A stretch of DNA of 64,000 nt, taken from a bacterium. Its GTDB lineage: Bacteria; RBG-13-61-14; DATKZS01. The notes under the pieces were generated by a model. The model was given only the letters and a program-made list of their open reading frames with translations, had not been told where the DNA came from and made no database searches. Position numbers and translations under genes: made by a program. Position 1 is the stretch's first letter, and each line of letters begins with the position of its first letter. Positions 39,872 through 51,007 of this stretch are shown in pieces. Location of the stretch: NCBI GenBank assembly GCA_963674965.2, contig CAXXFL010000006.1:416001-480000 (forward strand), in the 5' to 3' direction.

Positions 39872-41779
39872 TTAGAACTCGCTCAATATCTCATGTTCAT
39901 CCATCTCGAAGTCCCGCGGATTGATGGCGGCGGAGCCGTTTCCTTTCCCGCCCCGGGCCTCGGGAGCATAATCGTCTTGCCCACGGCGGCGGGAGGGCGA
40001 TGGATTTTTGCCCCTGGAAGCCGCGGCCTTGCTCGGTACAGCGCTCTTTCGTCTCGCGTCTTTTCCTGCCCCGGCCGATCCTCCGATCACTCCCAGCAGC
40101 TCGTTGACCATTCCCCTCAAGGCCTCGGACTGGGCGTTCAGTTCCTCGGCCGCGGAGGCGCTTTCCTCCGCGTTGGCCGCGTTTTGCTGGGTGGACTGGT
40201 CCACCTCGCTCATGGCCAGCGTCATCTGGTCGATACCGCTCGACTGTTCCTGGGAGGCCGCGGCTATCTCGGCCACCAGTTCCCCCGCCTTCTTGGCGGA
40301 CGCGGTTATTTCCTCGAGCGACCTGGCCGCCTCGTTCGCCACGGAGACCCCCTTTTCCGAGTTGCCGATGGACTCCTCGATCAAGGCGGAGGTGTTCTTG
40401 GCCGCCTCGGCCGAGCGCTGGGCCAGGTTCCTGACTTCCTCCGCCACCACGGCGAAGCCCTTGCCCGCGTCGCCGGCCCGGGCCGCCTCGACCGCCGCGT
40501 TCAAGGCCAGGAGGTTGGTCTGGAAGGCAATCTCGTCGATGGTCTTGATGATTTTCGAGGTCTCGTCGGAGGAACGCTTTATCTCAACGATGGCCTGGTT
40601 GAGCCTTTGCATGGCCTCCTGGCCTTTGGATACCTGCCTGCCCGTTTCCTCCATCAGGAAGTTGGCCTGGTTCGAGTTGTCCGCGTTCTGCTTGGTCATG
40701 GACGACATTTCCTCCAGGGAGGATGAGGTCTCCTCCATGGCCGCCGCCTGCTCCGAGGCCCCCTGCGCCAGGGACTGACTCGAGGAACTGACCTGGCGAG
40801 AAGCGTCCAGCATCTGAATCCCCGCGTCCTTAAGCCCCGAGGCCACCCGATAGACCACCTTGTAAACGTTGCCCGTAACCAGCCAGGTAATAAGGGTGAT
40901 TATGATCATGGCCCCCAGGCCCAGGACCGCGGAATAGGCCCTGATCTTTTTGACCGGAGCCAGAAACTCGGCCGACTCGACCGTGCCCGCCAACACCCAG
41001 CCGCTGCGCTCGTCGGTTACAAAATGGGCTATCTTGTCCACGCCTTCCCAGACGTAATCGATCTTGCCGTTTTTCTTCTCGAGGATGCTCTTCCCGAAGT
41101 CCCAGTCCGCCAGGTTGGTGTTAAGGATGTTTTTCTCGTCGGGATGGGCCAGCACCACGCCGGCGTCGTCCATCATGTAGAGGTAGCCGCTCTGGCCCAG
41201 CTTCACGTGAGATATTACGTCCTTGGAAAACTCGATCAACTCGACCGGAGTGCCCAGAATTCCCACGAGCTTCCCGCCGTCCAGTATGGGCGCGGTGATG
41301 AGCGCGACGGGACGGCCCGTGGCGGGCGACTTTTTGGCTCCTCCCACCCAGACCTTGCCCTCCTGGGCCTTCTTGACGTTAACGGCGTACTCCGGAAGCT
41401 CGCCGACGGGAATGCCCACGGACTTGCCCTGGATGGAGTCCACGAATATCTTGCCGTCTTTATCGGCCAGGAAGACGTTCTCGTAGGACGAGTTGAACTT
41501 ATGCATCTTCTCGAGGGTGGACCTGGCCAGGTCCATCTCTTCCCCTTGGCAGGCCTTCTTGAAAATGGGGGTCTCGGCGAAAACCTGGGCCTGGTTTTCC
41601 CGGTAGGAAATCCAGCGTTCCAGTTCGTCTCCGGTTTTGGTCACGATCTGTTCCATGCTGCCGTCAAGCTGGGACAGGATCGTCTTCGTGGCCACAAAGT
41701 ACGTGACAACGGCTAACGTCCCGATGGTCAAGGCGCCGATGGGTAGTATGGTGGCCAACAGTTTACCTCTGAAACTCAT
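39872..41779 (-). CDS. Methyl-accepting chemotaxis protein with dCache domain
   Basis: Two TMs, Cache-like periplasmic region, [32 protein letters not shown]. Confidence 0.95.
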   Translation of the reverse strand: MSFRGKLLATILPIGALTIGTLAVVTYFVATKTILSQLDGSMEQIVTKTGDELERWISYRENQAQVFAETPIFKKACQGEEMDLARSTLEKMHKFNSSYENVFLADKDGKIFVDSIQGKSVGIPVGELPEYAVNVKKAQEGKVWVGGAKKSPATGRPVALITAPILDGGKLVGILGTPVELIEFSKDVISHVKLGQSGYLYMMDDAGVVLAHPDEKNILNTNLADWDFGKSILEKKNGKIDYVWEGVDKIAHFVTDERSGWVLAGTVESAEFLAPVKKIRAYSAVLGLGAMIIITLITWLVTGNVYKVVYRVASGLKDAGIQMLDASRQVSSSSQSLAQGASEQAAAMEETSSSLEEMSSMTKQNADNSNQANFLMEETGRQVSKGQEAMQRLNQAIVEIKRSSDETSKIIKTIDEIAFQTNLLALNAAVEAARAGDAGKGFAVVAEEVRNLAQRSAEAAKNTSALIEESIGNSEKGVSVANEAARSLEEITASAKKAGELVAEIAAASQEQSSGIDQMTLAMSEVDQSTQQNAANAEESASAAEELNAQSEALRGMVNELLGVIGGSAGAGKDARRKSAVPSKAAASRGKNPSPSRRRGQDDYAPEARGGKGNGSAAINPRDFEMDEHEILSEF

Positions 41780-42203
41780 TTAAATCTCCTCCTTGCAGTT
41801 CGCGATAATATTTGCCCTGTCTTTCAGCCAGGATAGGCTTGTCCGCCGGCGCCGGAAATTATTATTAAAGCGCCCGAAAGCGGAAAAAACATAACTTACC
41901 CCATTGATAGAAATTTCCATGCCTATTGAATAATTTTTCCCAAAGTTTTTTTCCGTTAATTTGCGGCTGGTTATTGACGCTCTAGGCGGATAAAAATGGA
42001 GAGGGGGGTGGGCTTTGTCAGGATTGGCAAATCAAAATCTCTCAATAATTGGAGAGAATTGAGATCGATCGATAAGGAAGAATAACGGTTGGGAGGCACG
42101 TCTCAAGATGGGCTTCTACCCGCCTTTCCATGGCGGCGAAAAACAAGGACTTTATCTTTTATATTTTCATGCTACTATTTTATCGTTTCCGCGAGAAGGT
42201 TTT

Positions 42204-43214
42204 ATGCCGATATTTAAGGTCATAATCGAAAGCCATGTTTCCCTGGAACCGACCGGTCCGTTCATCTTGAAGTTCGCCAAGGCTTACGGGATGAGCGCCG
42301 AGGAGTCCCGCTCCTGGATCGAGTCTCGCTCCCGCGTGATCTACGAGTTCGACACCTTCGAGGAGGCCCAGAAGGCGCGCCACTTCCTCGAGACCATCGG
42401 TGGGGCCGCCATGGTCAGGGAGGAAGGCGAGCCGGCGGCCCCGGTCTACTCGACCGAAATATTCTCCGGCCCGGAGAAAACCCGGTCCGCCCCCTCCGCG
42501 CCCCCCAGCGAGCCCTGTCCCAAGTGCGGCGCCACGCTGGCGGGCCTTCCCCAAAAATGCCCCGCCTGCGGCATCCTGATCGGACCTTACAAGGACGCCC
42601 AGCTTCGCCTCAAACAACGAGCCGCCCAGCGGACGCCCGCGATCGCGTCGCCGACGCCGCCACCCCCTTCATACGGCGCTTATTATGAGGAAAAGGACGC
42701 GACGCCCGAGAAGAAAAGGATATCGACCGGCCTCATCGTGGCGCTGACCGCCGCCGCCCTGCTCCTGCTTCTTCTTGTCGTCTCCGGTTCCATAGTGGTG
42801 AAAAGGGTCCGCCAGGCCCGGATAGCTTATAAAGAAAACTCCAGGGAAGTCGAGGAAATCAGGACCCAGTACCGCAACTATCAGAACGTATCCATGCAGG
42901 TTGAGGCCAAGACCAACCTTATGGGCATATTCATCACCCAGATGGCGCATTTCGGCGAATACAACTCCTACGCGGACAACTTCGAGGATTTGAGATGGGG
43001 CCCGGAGGGAAGACACCGCTATTCCTACTACCTGGCCGACGACTCGATCCTGGCGCCGGTCAACCCTCAGGAACTGCCCGAGGAGATATACCTCGAGGCG
43101 GACGATCATGGGTTCCAGGCCGCCGCCGTGGCCAATCTCGATTCCGACTCCGACCTCGACGTGTGGATCATCGACGATAGAAAAAACTTAAGGAATGTCA
43201 TGAGCGACCTGTAG
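42204..43214 (+). CDS. Zinc-ribbon membrane protein with pilin-like C-terminal domain
   Basis: CPKC..CPAC, TM, then EAKTNL.GIF..Q...Y...RYSY...FQAAAVANLDSDSDLDVW resembling deltaproteobacterial PilA head. Confidence 0.7.
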   Translation: MPIFKVIIESHVSLEPTGPFILKFAKAYGMSAEESRSWIESRSRVIYEFDTFEEAQKARHFLETIGGAAMVREEGEPAAPVYSTEIFSGPEKTRSAPSAPPSEPCPKCGATLAGLPQKCPACGILIGPYKDAQLRLKQRAAQRTPAIASPTPPPPSYGAYYEEKDATPEKKRISTGLIVALTAAALLLLLLVVSGSIVVKRVRQARIAYKENSREVEEIRTQYRNYQNVSMQVEAKTNLMGIFITQMAHFGEYNSYADNFEDLRWGPEGRHRYSYYLADDSILAPVNPQELPEEIYLEADDHGFQAAAVANLDSDSDLDVWIIDDRKNLRNVMSDL

Positions 43215-43224
43215 CCGCTTGCCG

Positions 43225-43258
43225 AAAAAAGCGGCCCGGACATGGGTCCGAGCCGCTT
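43225..43258 (-). terminator. Rho-independent terminator after pilY1
   Basis: AAAAAAGCGGCCCGGAC-ATGG-GTCCGAGCCGCTT. Confidence 0.7.
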
Positions 43259-43280
43259 GGATCAGCCGTGGCCGCGAGGT

Positions 43281-46200
43281 CTACTGGATGATCTCGTCTC
43301 CCCAGGAGAGTGGAGTGGCGGGGGTAAACTCGGGCTCTTTGAGTAATTCCGGCTCTCCTTCCGGACTGGTGTCGAAAAGTCCTCCTCCCGACTCGCCGAA
43401 GTTGGAGGTGGAAAGCTCACGGTCCTCCGTTTCTTCGACGTACGATCCTTCCTCCATGACCGCCTCTCCGGTCAGATAGTTGAGGGCCCAAAGCCTGACC
43501 TTGCCGTAATCGCAGGGGTTGCTGCCCTGCTCGGGCAGATAGGTTTTGAACCACAACTCTCCCGAGACGACCGCCAGTTCGGTAATGGGCTTTTCTCCCG
43601 GCTCGAACTCGATGGGCCACAGCGCGGAGTCCCCGCTGATTTCCTCGGGTATTGGCTCGGCGTAGGAGCACGCGGTGGAACCAGGGACGTCGTCGTCCAT
43701 GAGCGCGTACATGTGGTTAACCACCGTCTCGTCAAGGGCGACCTCGGAAAGCTCGACGTGGCCCGTATAGAAGTAGACCAGCTTGGTCCGGTTGGGACCG
43801 GCCACCAGCCGGGGGTGGTACCAGATGGGCTTACGCCAGTTGGGGTTGTCCTCGGAGCCCGTGCCTCCAGTGTTGGGGTCGTCCGAGCTGTCGAAGAACA
43901 GGCAACGCTTCCAGTTGTCCGGATCGGGGTCGGAGAAGTTGAACTTCCATATCCTGCCGTCCAGGTCTCCTATGTAGGCCCAGTCGTAGGACCCGTTGTA
44001 ATCGGAGTCGTACAAGATGGGAGAACCCGGGACCTCGTTCATGTTGGTGTCGCCGCTGTACACGAGCGGGTCGAAGCCGCTAACCTGGTCCGCGCCTGGA
44101 AGCTCGAAGGACTTCAAAAGGTCTCCGGTCAGCGCGTCGATCACGTAGAAATATCCTCCCAAATCCGGGTCGTCATGGTTGGGTTTCATGCCGCCTCCGA
44201 AGAAAGCCGCGTTGACCAGATCGACGTCGGCCCCGTCCTTGTAATAGAGGAAACCGACCTTGGGCTTGGACCAGGTCTGACCAAGGTGCTCGTCGGTAAA
44301 GGTCCAAAGCGGTTCCACGTTGTCGCCCGAGCCGGCAACGGAGTTGGCGTCCGTTATATCGAGGGCGAAATATTCGGTCCCGCCGCCGCCAAGGCCGGAT
44401 ATGAGCACGGTCTTCCACGTCGAGTTGTCGTCAAGAACGTCGGCCGCCACCGGCTCGCCGTCGACTCCGTAAATCTGGATGCCCGAGCGCAGGTAGTGCA
44501 GCTTGTCCAGGACGCCGGGGGGAATAAAGGCGAACATTTCCTCGCCTCCGTCAAAGTCGGAAATGTCCTTGACGGCGAAGGCGTGGAGCAGGCCGTACAT
44601 GGTGCCCACGTAGGCGATGGTCGGCCTGCCGGCGTTATCGAGGGCGAAGTCCCTGTATCCGGGCATCGAGTAGTAATCGAAATTGGAGGGATTCTTGACG
44701 ATGATGGGGGCCGAGTGGTAAACGGGACCCAGGGCCCACTTAACCTGGATTTCGCTGGACTCGAAGGAGGCCCCATCCTCGACGTTGACAAAGTCGATAA
44801 GCTTTTGGGCCTTTTGCGCTCTAACCGAGGAGTTGGATCCCCAGAAAATCTCGTCCGGGTCGAAGTAATCCACCAGGGTCGAGGCGCTGGAGGTCGTGAA
44901 ATCGACCTTGTCCAGGCCGCCCAAGCCGTCGGGAACGGCCGTAAAAACGTTACGGCTGGAAGGCGTCCGGTCGTTAAGCATGATAGCCGCGTTGCCGCCG
45001 CCGTCGCCGTCCTCCCAGGCGTAGCTCGGGGTATCGGACTCGATGTCAAGGGTCCAGCCGTAAAGGTTTCCTTTCCAGAGAGGATAGAAACCGTCTATGT
45101 CGAACCGGGTGGTCAGGATGATCCCCTCGGATATCGACACCTGGGGGGCCGAACGAACGTACTGGCCTTTCATGATCGAGTTCATGATCAGACCAAGAGC
45201 GGTGATGAGACCGTCTTTATTGTCCGCATCGAAAAATTCCGTGATATCGTAGGGGTCGTCACTCATGTCCGAGGCTGCAGCCATGGACACCAACTGTTTT
45301 CCACCATTAGTGTTTGGGTCACTGACGTCTCCTCCGAAGCCGATAAAGAAGCTCTTGACGCCGGTGATGGAAGGATAAGGCGCATCCGTGTCTCCGCCGT
45401 TTTTCAGCCAGTTGACCCACTGTACCTGCCTTAGGATAATACTATCTACCTGGGAGGAACTGGGAGAGCCGGTGTAGTAGCCGAGGGGCTCGCCGTCGGT
45501 CTGCTCGCCGTCGGTCAGGAAGATAAGGAAGTTCCTCCGGCACCCGTTCTCGTAATAGGGGTCATCCTGGATGATATGGTCGTTCTCGGAGCCGGTGGCG
45601 GTGGGATAACCCAGGTCGTACTGCATGTTGTGGTTGCCCGTGTAGCCGGACAGGGAACTGAACAGGTAGTTCTCCCTCGGCACGTGCGCCTGGAGGTCGT
45701 CGTTGAAGAAGTACCGGTAAATGTCGTGAAGCGCCGAGGCGATGGGCGTGGACCCGTTCGGGTTCAGGTCCGAAGTGCTCGCGATGTATTCCTGGAGTAT
45801 CTCGTTCAGGGTTTCCTTGTCGTAAGCCGCGTAAGCGGGAAAATCGGACCAGGCGAAGACGTTCGCCATCAGCTTGCCGCCGATGTCGTCACCCTCCGAG
45901 TCGCGGGGGAAATCCTCGCCGTTATAGCGGAAGGCCATGACGCCGTAGTTCACTTTCTTGTAGGTGTCCAAGAAGCCCAGGTCCTCGAACCCGGCCCGGT
46001 CGTAATAAAGGGAACCGAAGAAACCGCCGAGGGTGTTCCCGTCGCGAGGCCCGAACCAGGGCGTGGTCAGGTCGATGTCGTTCTCGGAGACACCGCTTAT
46101 GCCCACGGCCGTCCGGATGTACTCGTCCAGCCTTACCCCGCTCGAGTCGTCCAGGATGAACTCGTGGGGCTCGTCGGGCAGGTCGCCCGAGCTCACCGCC

Positions 46201-47450
46201 TGGGCGTAGGGGATGGCCCCCACGATGGCGTCTATTATTTCCTGGTCCGTGGGCGGCGGAATCTCCACCACCGGCTTGGGGGCGTTGCCGCTACTGTCAC
46301 AGCCGAAATAAACCACGTACTGGGTCGAGTAGTTGCCGTCATTGGTAAGCCTGCCGCTCCAGTCCCAGGTCCAGTATTTCCCTCCCCAGGCGTTCTCGAG
46401 CGGATAGTCTCCCCGAATCTCACGGAAGGTCGTTCCCGCTCCGTCCCATGTGGCCGGGCACCAGTATTCCTTTTCCTTGCCCGCCACGTGCATGTCCAGC
46501 CAGTCCTGCCAGGATATCTTGTTCTGCTCGATAAGCAGGGCCGTGCTTCCCGCGGGCAGGCTGGCGTCGTTGGCCAGGTTGGTCATGACCTCATCGTAGA
46601 GGATAAACCTGGGAGTATCGTTACTATAGTCGGGGGTCGTTTTATTCGGTATATATCCCGCGCTCCAGTTCCAGTTGGCGAAGAAAAGCTCGCCCCGGCG
46701 CCAGGTACCCCACGGGTCCTGGTACCAGCGGCTTCCATCGGCGGAACGGTACTGCACGGGCACAACGTAGTCGGGAAGAAATTCTCCGGCCGGCGCTCCC
46801 TGTTCCTCATACTTCCAGTAGGCTATTAAGGCGTCGTAAAAGGTCATGGCCCCCGAGTCGGAGCAGTCGGCGTACATCCATATCTCGCGCGTGCCGGAGG
46901 GCCCGTCGTCGTTGACCGTATGGTCGCCCATGAACTTGATGCACTCGGCGTCCATCTCGCGCAGGTATCCGTCAAGGGTGGACAGGGCGCCGAAAACGTC
47001 GCTGTCGTTCCTGGAAACGTCGTCGGGGCTGAGGAAAACGAAGGCCGTGCCCCCGTCGTCCGCGGTAAATGTGCCCCCCCCGACTTCATCGACCAGGAAG
47101 ACCCTGAGAAGGCCCTCGTCTATGTCGTCGAGCACGTTGTACTCGCCCTGGGTGGCGAGGTCGTAATGGGGAATGTAGACCTGGTCGCCCGTGAATCGGG
47201 TGGAACCGTCCGGAAAGTAGACGTACTGCACGCCCGACCCGGTGAGAACGGTGCGCACCACGTCCATCCTGGTCCCGTCGGATCCGCTGGCCCAGTTCAT
47301 ACTTCCCGAGGTGTCTATCATGAGCATGATGTTGGGCGCAACGCTGACGCCGGAGTAGAACGGAAGGTCCGCCGCCTGTCCCATGGCCTGGCCGGCGAAG
47401 AGCGCGGCGAAAAGGGCCGGGACCAACGCTAAAAGTTTATATTTTTTCAT
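43281..47450 (-). CDS. pilY1: PilY1-like type IV pilus adhesin (vWA + beta-propeller)
   Basis: Signal peptide, PNIMLMIDTSGSM MIDAS, TPIASAL, FLTDGE, YHSAP, GLLHAF, GGEEMFAFIP, YFALDIT, LGQTWSKP, DLDGRIWK. Confidence 0.9.
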   Translation of the reverse strand: MKKYKLLALVPALFAALFAGQAMGQAADLPFYSGVSVAPNIMLMIDTSGSMNWASGSDGTRMDVVRTVLTGSGVQYVYFPDGSTRFTGDQVYIPHYDLATQGEYNVLDDIDEGLLRVFLVDEVGGGTFTADDGGTAFVFLSPDDVSRNDSDVFGALSTLDGYLREMDAECIKFMGDHTVNDDGPSGTREIWMYADCSDSGAMTFYDALIAYWKYEEQGAPAGEFLPDYVVPVQYRSADGSRWYQDPWGTWRRGELFFANWNWSAGYIPNKTTPDYSNDTPRFILYDEVMTNLANDASLPAGSTALLIEQNKISWQDWLDMHVAGKEKEYWCPATWDGAGTTFREIRGDYPLENAWGGKYWTWDWSGRLTNDGNYSTQYVVYFGCDSSGNAPKPVVEIPPPTDQEIIDAIVGAIPYAQAVSSGDLPDEPHEFILDDSSGVRLDEYIRTAVGISGVSENDIDLTTPWFGPRDGNTLGGFFGSLYYDRAGFEDLGFLDTYKKVNYGVMAFRYNGEDFPRDSEGDDIGGKLMANVFAWSDFPAYAAYDKETLNEILQEYIASTSDLNPNGSTPIASALHDIYRYFFNDDLQAHVPRENYLFSSLSGYTGNHNMQYDLGYPTATGSENDHIIQDDPYYENGCRRNFLIFLTDGEQTDGEPLGYYTGSPSSSQVDSIILRQVQWVNWLKNGGDTDAPYPSITGVKSFFIGFGGDVSDPNTNGGKQLVSMAAASDMSDDPYDITEFFDADNKDGLITALGLIMNSIMKGQYVRSAPQVSISEGIILTTRFDIDGFYPLWKGNLYGWTLDIESDTPSYAWEDGDGGGNAAIMLNDRTPSSRNVFTAVPDGLGGLDKVDFTTSSASTLVDYFDPDEIFWGSNSSVRAQKAQKLIDFVNVEDGASFESSEIQVKWALGPVYHSAPIIVKNPSNFDYYSMPGYRDFALDNAGRPTIAYVGTMYGLLHAFAVKDISDFDGGEEMFAFIPPGVLDKLHYLRSGIQIYGVDGEPVAADVLDDNSTWKTVLISGLGGGGTEYFALDITDANSVAGSGDNVEPLWTFTDEHLGQTWSKPKVGFLYYKDGADVDLVNAAFFGGGMKPNHDDPDLGGYFYVIDALTGDLLKSFELPGADQVSGFDPLVYSGDTNMNEVPGSPILYDSDYNGSYDWAYIGDLDGRIWKFNFSDPDPDNWKRCLFFDSSDDPNTGGTGSEDNPNWRKPIWYHPRLVAGPNRTKLVYFYTGHVELSEVALDETVVNHMYALMDDDVPGSTACSYAEPIPEEISGDSALWPIEFEPGEKPITELAVVSGELWFKTYLPEQGSNPCDYGKVRLWALNYLTGEAVMEEGSYVEETEDRELSTSNFGESGGGLFDTSPEGEPELLKEPEFTPATPLSWGDEIIQ

Positions 47451-47500
47451 GACCATCCCTCCTTGTATAGGTCTTTTCATTTGCCTTGAAACCCTCATAT

Positions 47501-48049
47501 TCAGTCTATCGCGGCCTTGGCCTGCGCAATTACCTCGACGGTGCGGGAAATAACGGGCGAACCCAGTCCCGCTCCTCCAACCCTGACCACCCCGGTGGAC
47601 CGGACGATGAACTGGCCCTTGGGGCTGGAGACGTCAAGGGCCTCTCCAGCGTCGGCAAACCCCTTGGCTATGCCGCCCTCCGGGTCCGCGTTGAGGACAA
47701 CAACCGTGAACTGGAGGTGGTCCTGCGCGGTCCGGGCGGTGTTGTTCGTCGAATCGAGAGTCACCAGCACCGACGAGGTGTTGCCGTCCATAAGGGCCGC
47801 CCCGATGTTGGTCTGGCCTATGCCCACGAGGCCCGAGTCGCTGGCCGCCCAGGCCATGCCCACCATGACTCCCTCCTCGGCCGCGGAAAGGGCCTCCTCC
47901 GCGAGGCGCAGGTTCCGCGAGGAGTGGATGTCGATGGTCGAGACGCTTATAAGCCCGAAACCCAAAAAGGTGAGCACCAAAAGGAAGATGATGGCCACGA
48001 AAAGAGCTTGTCCCTTTTGGCCTTGCGATGCTTTTCTCGAAGTGTTCAT
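47501..48049 (-). CDS. pilX: PilX-like minor pilin
   Basis: QKG|QALFVAIIFLLVLTFLG (no E5), ALSAAEEG. Confidence 0.82.
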   Translation of the reverse strand: MNTSRKASQGQKGQALFVAIIFLLVLTFLGFGLISVSTIDIHSSRNLRLAEEALSAAEEGVMVGMAWAASDSGLVGIGQTNIGAALMDGNTSSVLVTLDSTNNTARTAQDHLQFTVVVLNADPEGGIAKGFADAGEALDVSSPKGQFIVRSTGVVRVGGAGLGSPVISRTVEVIAQAKAAID

Positions 48050-48077
48050 GATATTTCTCCTTTCCTCGCGCCCATGT

Positions 48078-49145
48078 TCAGGGCGTGCATCCCACTATCT
48101 GGCAGTCGAAGGACTCGACGCTCAGGTTTCTCGGCTTGACCGTGGTGGAGAACCTTCTCCTGATGGGCCGGTCCTCATCCCGGAACTTGTCCGACCGGGT
48201 CCAGAGGCTGACCGTCACCGACCTTAACCGGCAGGGGTTGCAAAGTATGCCTTCCTCCGCCATGATTTCCCCGGCCGACAAGGCGGCCTTGGTCGCGTTC
48301 GCGTTCCGGTAGGTCACCTGGAAATCGTCCACCCCCCGGGCCAGGATAAGGTTCTGGTCATCGTCGTCCAGGTCGCAGCCCGCCGCCGTGCAGTTGCACA
48401 TGTAAAGGTTGTATTCCTTATTGCCCCGGTCGTCGGTCTCGTCGGTGTTGACGTAATAAACGCGCCGGTAAAAGGGAGAGATGATGGCCTTATTGCTCAC
48501 GGCGGTACTGAAGGCGCCGCTGATGGTTATCAAGTCTCCCGAGACCGAGGATATCTCGTACATGTTGGAGCTGAATCCCTCGGAGACCACCAGCCAGCCG
48601 GGCTTGTTGAAATCTGAGGCGTCCGTGAACATGGCCCCGTCCCCGGAAAGAACGGTAATGCTGTTGGTCCCCGCCCCGGCGCCAAAAGTGGGGTAAGTGG
48701 TCTGGCGCTGGAAATTGCCCCATATCTCGACGGCGTCGGTATATTCATCTCCTCCCCCCCGGGAGGAGTTGGCGTTGGTTTTAATATCGTTACCCAGGGT
48801 CACGGACTCGCTGACGCCCACGATGACGCTGTTGCCGTTCTTGACGCTTATCACGGGGTATACCTGGTTGGGGTTAATGGGGTTGGCCAGGTTGGCCACG
48901 CCGCGGGGGGCCCCCGTAAAGCCGGCCATTCGGAGGTCGCGGGCGATCATATAAAGGGCCATACGGGCCGAGGCCTGGCTCCGGGCCAACTCGGACTGGG
49001 TCTGGAAGGTCTTGGACTGGTCGGTGAACACGCTGACCATGGCCGTGAGCACGATGGCGGAGATGACCAGGGCGATGAGGAGCTCGATCAGGGTAAAACC
49101 GCTTTTACCGCTTTTTCCCATTGGATTGTTTTTCATGCCGATCAT
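48078..49145 (-). CDS. pilW: PilW-like minor pilin
   Basis: G|FTLIELLIALVI, ARDLRMAG, ILARGVDDFQVTY, FSTTVKPRN. Confidence 0.88.
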   Translation of the reverse strand: MIGMKNNPMGKSGKSGFTLIELLIALVISAIVLTAMVSVFTDQSKTFQTQSELARSQASARMALYMIARDLRMAGFTGAPRGVANLANPINPNQVYPVISVKNGNSVIVGVSESVTLGNDIKTNANSSRGGGDEYTDAVEIWGNFQRQTTYPTFGAGAGTNSITVLSGDGAMFTDASDFNKPGWLVVSEGFSSNMYEISSVSGDLITISGAFSTAVSNKAIISPFYRRVYYVNTDETDDRGNKEYNLYMCNCTAAGCDLDDDDQNLILARGVDDFQVTYRNANATKAALSAGEIMAEEGILCNPCRLRSVTVSLWTRSDKFRDEDRPIRRRFSTTVKPRNLSVESFDCQIVGCTP

Positions 49146-49156
49146 TTTTCCACTCC

Positions 49157-49795
49157 TCACATGTTATATTGCGTGGTGCTCTCGATAACCACGTGATGGG
49201 CGCCCATGCTCCTGAAGGCGGAGAAGCTCCAGTCCTGCTCGAGGTTGACGCTGGCCGGCCTGTCCTTGGGGTTCTCCCACCAGATGACCTCGACCGTGAT
49301 GAGAAGCTGGCCCGGGGCCGGGATGGGAATGTTGGTCACGTCCAGCGCGGCGGTACTGGCCCCTCCGTTCTCGATCGTCCAGCGAAGGTAATACCTGGTG
49401 TCGATCCCGCCATCGGCCCTGGTCCGCCCGAACTCGTCCACCGGGTCCGAGAAGTAATGCCAGTCCGAGGGAAGGCCGTCGCCCGCCGCGACGGTCCGGT
49501 TCGAGTTCGAGTTGTCGTCAAGGTAATGGTTCAGGTTGGGGTTGTCGTCCCTGATGACGGCCCCATCAACGTAGGGAGCGTCAGTGGGGCGAGTATGGTC
49601 GAATGGCAGGGCTTTCAGAAACTCCATTTGCCGCTGGGCGAGCTGGGTCGCCGCCGTCATGTGCTTGCTGAACTGGATTCCCCTGATGGCGGCGACCTGG
49701 AGCTGGGCTATGGCCAGAAGACCCACCGCGAGAACCACCAAGGCGAATAAAACCTCGATGAGGCTGAACCCGCCGTCCCTTTGTCTACTCCTCAT
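49157..49795 (-). CDS. pilV: PilV-like minor pilin
   Basis: G|FSLIEVLFALVVLAVGLLAIAQLQ, ATQLAQRQME, ITVEVIW; RBS AAGGAGG. Confidence 0.88.
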   Translation of the reverse strand: MRSRQRDGGFSLIEVLFALVVLAVGLLAIAQLQVAAIRGIQFSKHMTAATQLAQRQMEFLKALPFDHTRPTDAPYVDGAVIRDDNPNLNHYLDDNSNSNRTVAAGDGLPSDWHYFSDPVDEFGRTRADGGIDTRYYLRWTIENGGASTAALDVTNIPIPAPGQLLITVEVIWWENPKDRPASVNLEQDWSFSAFRSMGAHHVVIESTTQYNM

Positions 49796-49893
49796 TACGT
49801 CCGGCCTCCTTTGCGATTTATTTGGCACGTTATTTCCAAATGTTTCCGATTTATTACGCTTTTTCATGTCTACCCTTTCGCATAACAGGACAA

Positions 49894-49908
49894 GCACCTT
49901 TTGTGCCA
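49894..49908 (-). promoter_or_regulatory. Probable sigma54 promoter of pilVWXY1
   Basis: TGGCAC-AAAAG-GTGC (one mismatch), ~100 bp upstream of pilV. Confidence 0.6.
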
Positions 49909-51007
49909 AAGACCATCATTGATTTTCATATTTAATTTATTCCAATATTACAGCCTCTTACATGATAACGCCAAGACCGAACAAACGGTAAAAATGAACT
50001 TTTTGCATACCTTTTCCTGGACTGAAATAATGACGGATTTTAAAGATGAATCCAAAGCTTGATTTAGACGTCGAAATTTTGAACGAGGATTCAGTAAAGG
50101 AAACGGGCGTTTTGCCACCCTTCATGGCGGCGTTAATGTAAGCCATTAATATTAATAATAAATTACCAAGCGATAAAAATGCCCGAATAAAATGGGGGAC
50201 AAAAACAAAAAGGCATAAACCGGAAAGTAAAGCGGACCGAATTACTCCGCAAATTTTTCATAGTTGTTCTAAGCGAAAAATCTCTAAAATGGGAATCTCA
50301 AGGGGTTTGACAAGAACATTCGATGAATGCCATCACAAAAACAGCTTTTGTCCGCATTATAAGCCAGACGTTTTTCTCGATTTAAAGAAACATATTTTAT
50401 AAATTATTTCAATAACTAAAGCAATAAATAAATTCTTTCCCGGCCCTTCCCGTATCCATTGTAAATCCGAAGCGCAAAGCCTTTTATCCGACACTTTCGT
50501 TACCATGAAAATATTTCATACTCATTTTAAACGCTTTAAAGCCGAACAACGCGTTCTTTTGAATTTAACCCGCCGCTTTTATAAAAGGTGGCTTTCCATT
50601 CGGGCACAGCCAAGAGGTCCGGCCTTTGAACCATCATCCGGACGAGACGCGGATCGGTCATATGATTGCGAGTTTTTTGGCGCTCCAGCTTGAACTGGAT
50701 TTGCAACGTCGGATCGAGGAAAGAACCGGCGCGCCGATCGCCCGGATGGAAAACCCATGATTCATACCGATCGTTAAAATAAGCCCCTCCGTCCCGCTTC
50801 CCATCCGAAAATCACGGACCTCAAATCAAAGCAAAACCAAGACCGAATATACCCCCAAGTCCCGGCGATGAAAAAGCCAATCTTCCATGCAAAGATACAG
50901 GCGCCGGAGGCCGCGGAACTTTAGCCCCGGCAAGCGGTAACGCCGGCGCGACGCCCGGCGTGGTATTGACGACCCGGCCAAAGTATAATAGGGCAAATTG
51001 AAAAGGA

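Noticed and set aside
41780-41900. Possible c-di-GMP-I riboswitch upstream of the MCP (ACAGGGCAAA on minus strand)
   Set aside because: Lacks the following GAAA-loop stem and GACGCAAA element; too close to the RBS.
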